NCBI RefSeq assembly: GCF_964355755.1
Contig: NC_092674.1
Span: forward strand, 13,392,001 to 13,456,000
Length of the DNA: 64,000 bases
Direction of reading: 5' to 3'
Source: Antedon mediterranea
Lineage: Eukaryota; Animalia; Echinodermata
In this document: positions 62,271-64,000 of the stretch, piece by piece
Numbering within the stretch: the first letter of the stretch is position 1
How the letters are laid out: every line of letters begins with the position of its first letter
The notes under the pieces: generated by a model
Seen by the model: the letters and a program-made list of their open reading frames with translations, nothing else
Database searches by the model: none
Told to the model about the DNA's origin: nothing
Made by a program: the position numbers and the translations under genes

Positions 62271-63694
62271 TCACATCTCTTTCTTGGTTTCTAGTAATTC
62301 TACAATATCCATTCTCTCAACTGCTCTCAAGGCTTTTATTACTTCCTCTTGTTGTTTCACATCCCTTCCTTGCTTACATCGCCATTGTACCAGTGATTCC
62401 ATTGTTGCTTCTACAGTCAGCGCTGAAAACCTTCTCTCAGTTTGTGATAGCTCAACATCAGCAATACCAAGATGCCTACAGAAATTCTTCCAATCTGTCA
62501 TCTTCTCAGAAATTATCAGGAAGTCCAAGTCTGTTAAGCATCCTGTAAAAACACATTTAATTGACTTCATTAAATAAAATACATTTGGTTGTTTTTCTTC
62601 AAACATTCAGGTGCTGAAATTAAGCAACATTTCTGGAATGTAACATTCTATTTGTGTTGGCAGAAATCATGAATAATGCTTGAGCCTAATTACTAATTAT
62701 TTTATTATTATTTTATTCTTAGAATTACAAGATAGCTAACATATTTCCTGAATACAAGAAAACTTAACCCTCGAAAATATACAAAGAATGTGTCCTTACG
62801 TAAAATACATATTGCACAATTTCATCACAACAACATAAGTTACATAAATATTTGATCGTACCCCTGAAACATGGGTCAATATTGGATGTAGTTTACTGAT
62901 TGGAGGCATCTGTATGGCCAGTAAAAATACACTTGTTTTATCGGTGATGAATGGGAAGGCATGGACCATTCTCTTTTATGTTTTTTCAGATGCGTGTTCA
63001 TTTTAGACACAGTTTTGTTTGTTTGTTTTTATATATCTAGGCAAATTTCCAAGGATAATCATAAGCGAATTCAATCACTATCCTTCTTAAGGTGGCAATC
63101 CCATTCACAAGACAAACATATACACAAGATGCTCTACATAAACGAAGTCTTATTACAAGTCTTTGGGGGTGGAGTTGTATTTTTCATTATAAAACATCCT
63201 GACATATGACAGGAATTGAACCCAGGAGAACCCAAATTAGCTTAATCACATTTAAAACATTTCTTGTTTATCGAATGATTGCTGATGACAATAGAAAGTC
63301 AAAAGTGATTATTTCTACAGTAGTATCAGGTATACATATAACATTTGTTTTTATAACAATCATTACCCACCTTGTCCTGATTGGTCTGTAAACACTGCAA
63401 CTTCTAAACTGACATCATCTTTGTATTCATATCTTGTACACAGGCTATCAGCTAAATCAACACGTCCCTGTTGTTTAAAAGCCTTGATCATTGTAGGTAG
63501 CTGTTGTGCTTCTCCATGTTGACAGCTATTTCTCCATTGGACCAATATCTCCATTATGGCATCTTCTACATGTTTGTTTTTGTCTGAAATTTTATTAACG
63601 TTGTCCCATTTGATTCCAAGTCGCACTGCTAGTCTTCTCCAACTTTGATTTAAATTGTCACAGATGAATAAGAGATCTTGATCATCAAAAAAAG
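62271..63694 (-). CDS. Death-domain-containing protein, last two exons (one death domain each); the gene continues beyond the window
   Basis: Exon 63694-63371 (324 nt, phase 1-1; DLLFICDNLNQSWRRLAVRLGI...MEILVQWR...GRVDLAD) and exon 62542-62271 (DFLIISEKMTDWKNFCRHLGI...ESLVQWR...ERMDIVELL, TGA), with AG acceptors and a GT donor. Confidence 0.8.
63095..63232 (-). mobile_element. SINE fragment, same family as 26655-26940
   Basis: Shares AACATATACACAAGATGCTCTACATA...AAGTCTTTGGG..TGGAGTTGTA...CCTGACATATGACAGGA.TTGAACCCAGGA. Confidence 0.7.
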
Positions 63695-64000
63695 CTGTGA
63701 AATAATAAAAGCAATAAGGTAATGAGTTCTGTTTCAATTAAATTCAACTCCCTATTCCATGCAATATTTATTTCGGAATCTCTCGTCCATAGAAAATAAA
63801 CATTATCAGAATATTTTTTTTTAAAAGCATTCATGAGCAAGATTTTATAACACACCTAAGATTCTTAATTTAATTTGAGAATTGCGAGTAATTTTTTATT
63901 TATATGTGCTATTGCTCTCTTAATGATGTCATTGAGAGTGCAATGTTGTTATATGTGCACACAAGTACCTGCAATTTCATTTTGCATGTTCATTTTTGTT

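Noticed and set aside
62183-62577. Plus-strand ORFs of 121 and 103 aa
   Set aside because: Antisense to the death-domain exon.

Overview
AT-rich animal genomic DNA with GT-AG introns, LINEs, SINEs and MITEs. Deu-type SINE motifs and multi-death-domain exons suggest an invertebrate deuterostome such as an echinoderm (inference). The window holds a tandem segmental duplication: 1..~14640 matches ~27572..~46741. Copy 1 carries the intact 3' half of an integrin beta gene (10 exons visible, stop at 9913). Copy 2 is a 5'-truncated integrin beta pseudogene (15 exons, 19794..41761) whose frameshifts are confined to four consecutive exons. The duplication breakpoint lies just after the TATA-like box of an SLC22 (organic cation transporter-like) gene and is capped by a young CR1/L2-group LINE. 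The SLC22 gene (46837..56420) keeps 10 exons and all splice sites but has 4 nonsense codons and a frameshift. Further right are decayed myosin-neck-like IQ exons, a 44-bp minisatellite and the last two exons of a minus-strand death-domain gene. The most unusual signal comes from comparing the two copies: several small indels are TA-flanked palindromic inserts (TACTGTA/TACAGTA, TAGGCCTA, TACGTA) that look like DNA-transposon excision footprints, and one apparently disrupts an integrin exon. I found no prokaryotic-type system such as CRISPR. Coordinates and counts were read by eye.
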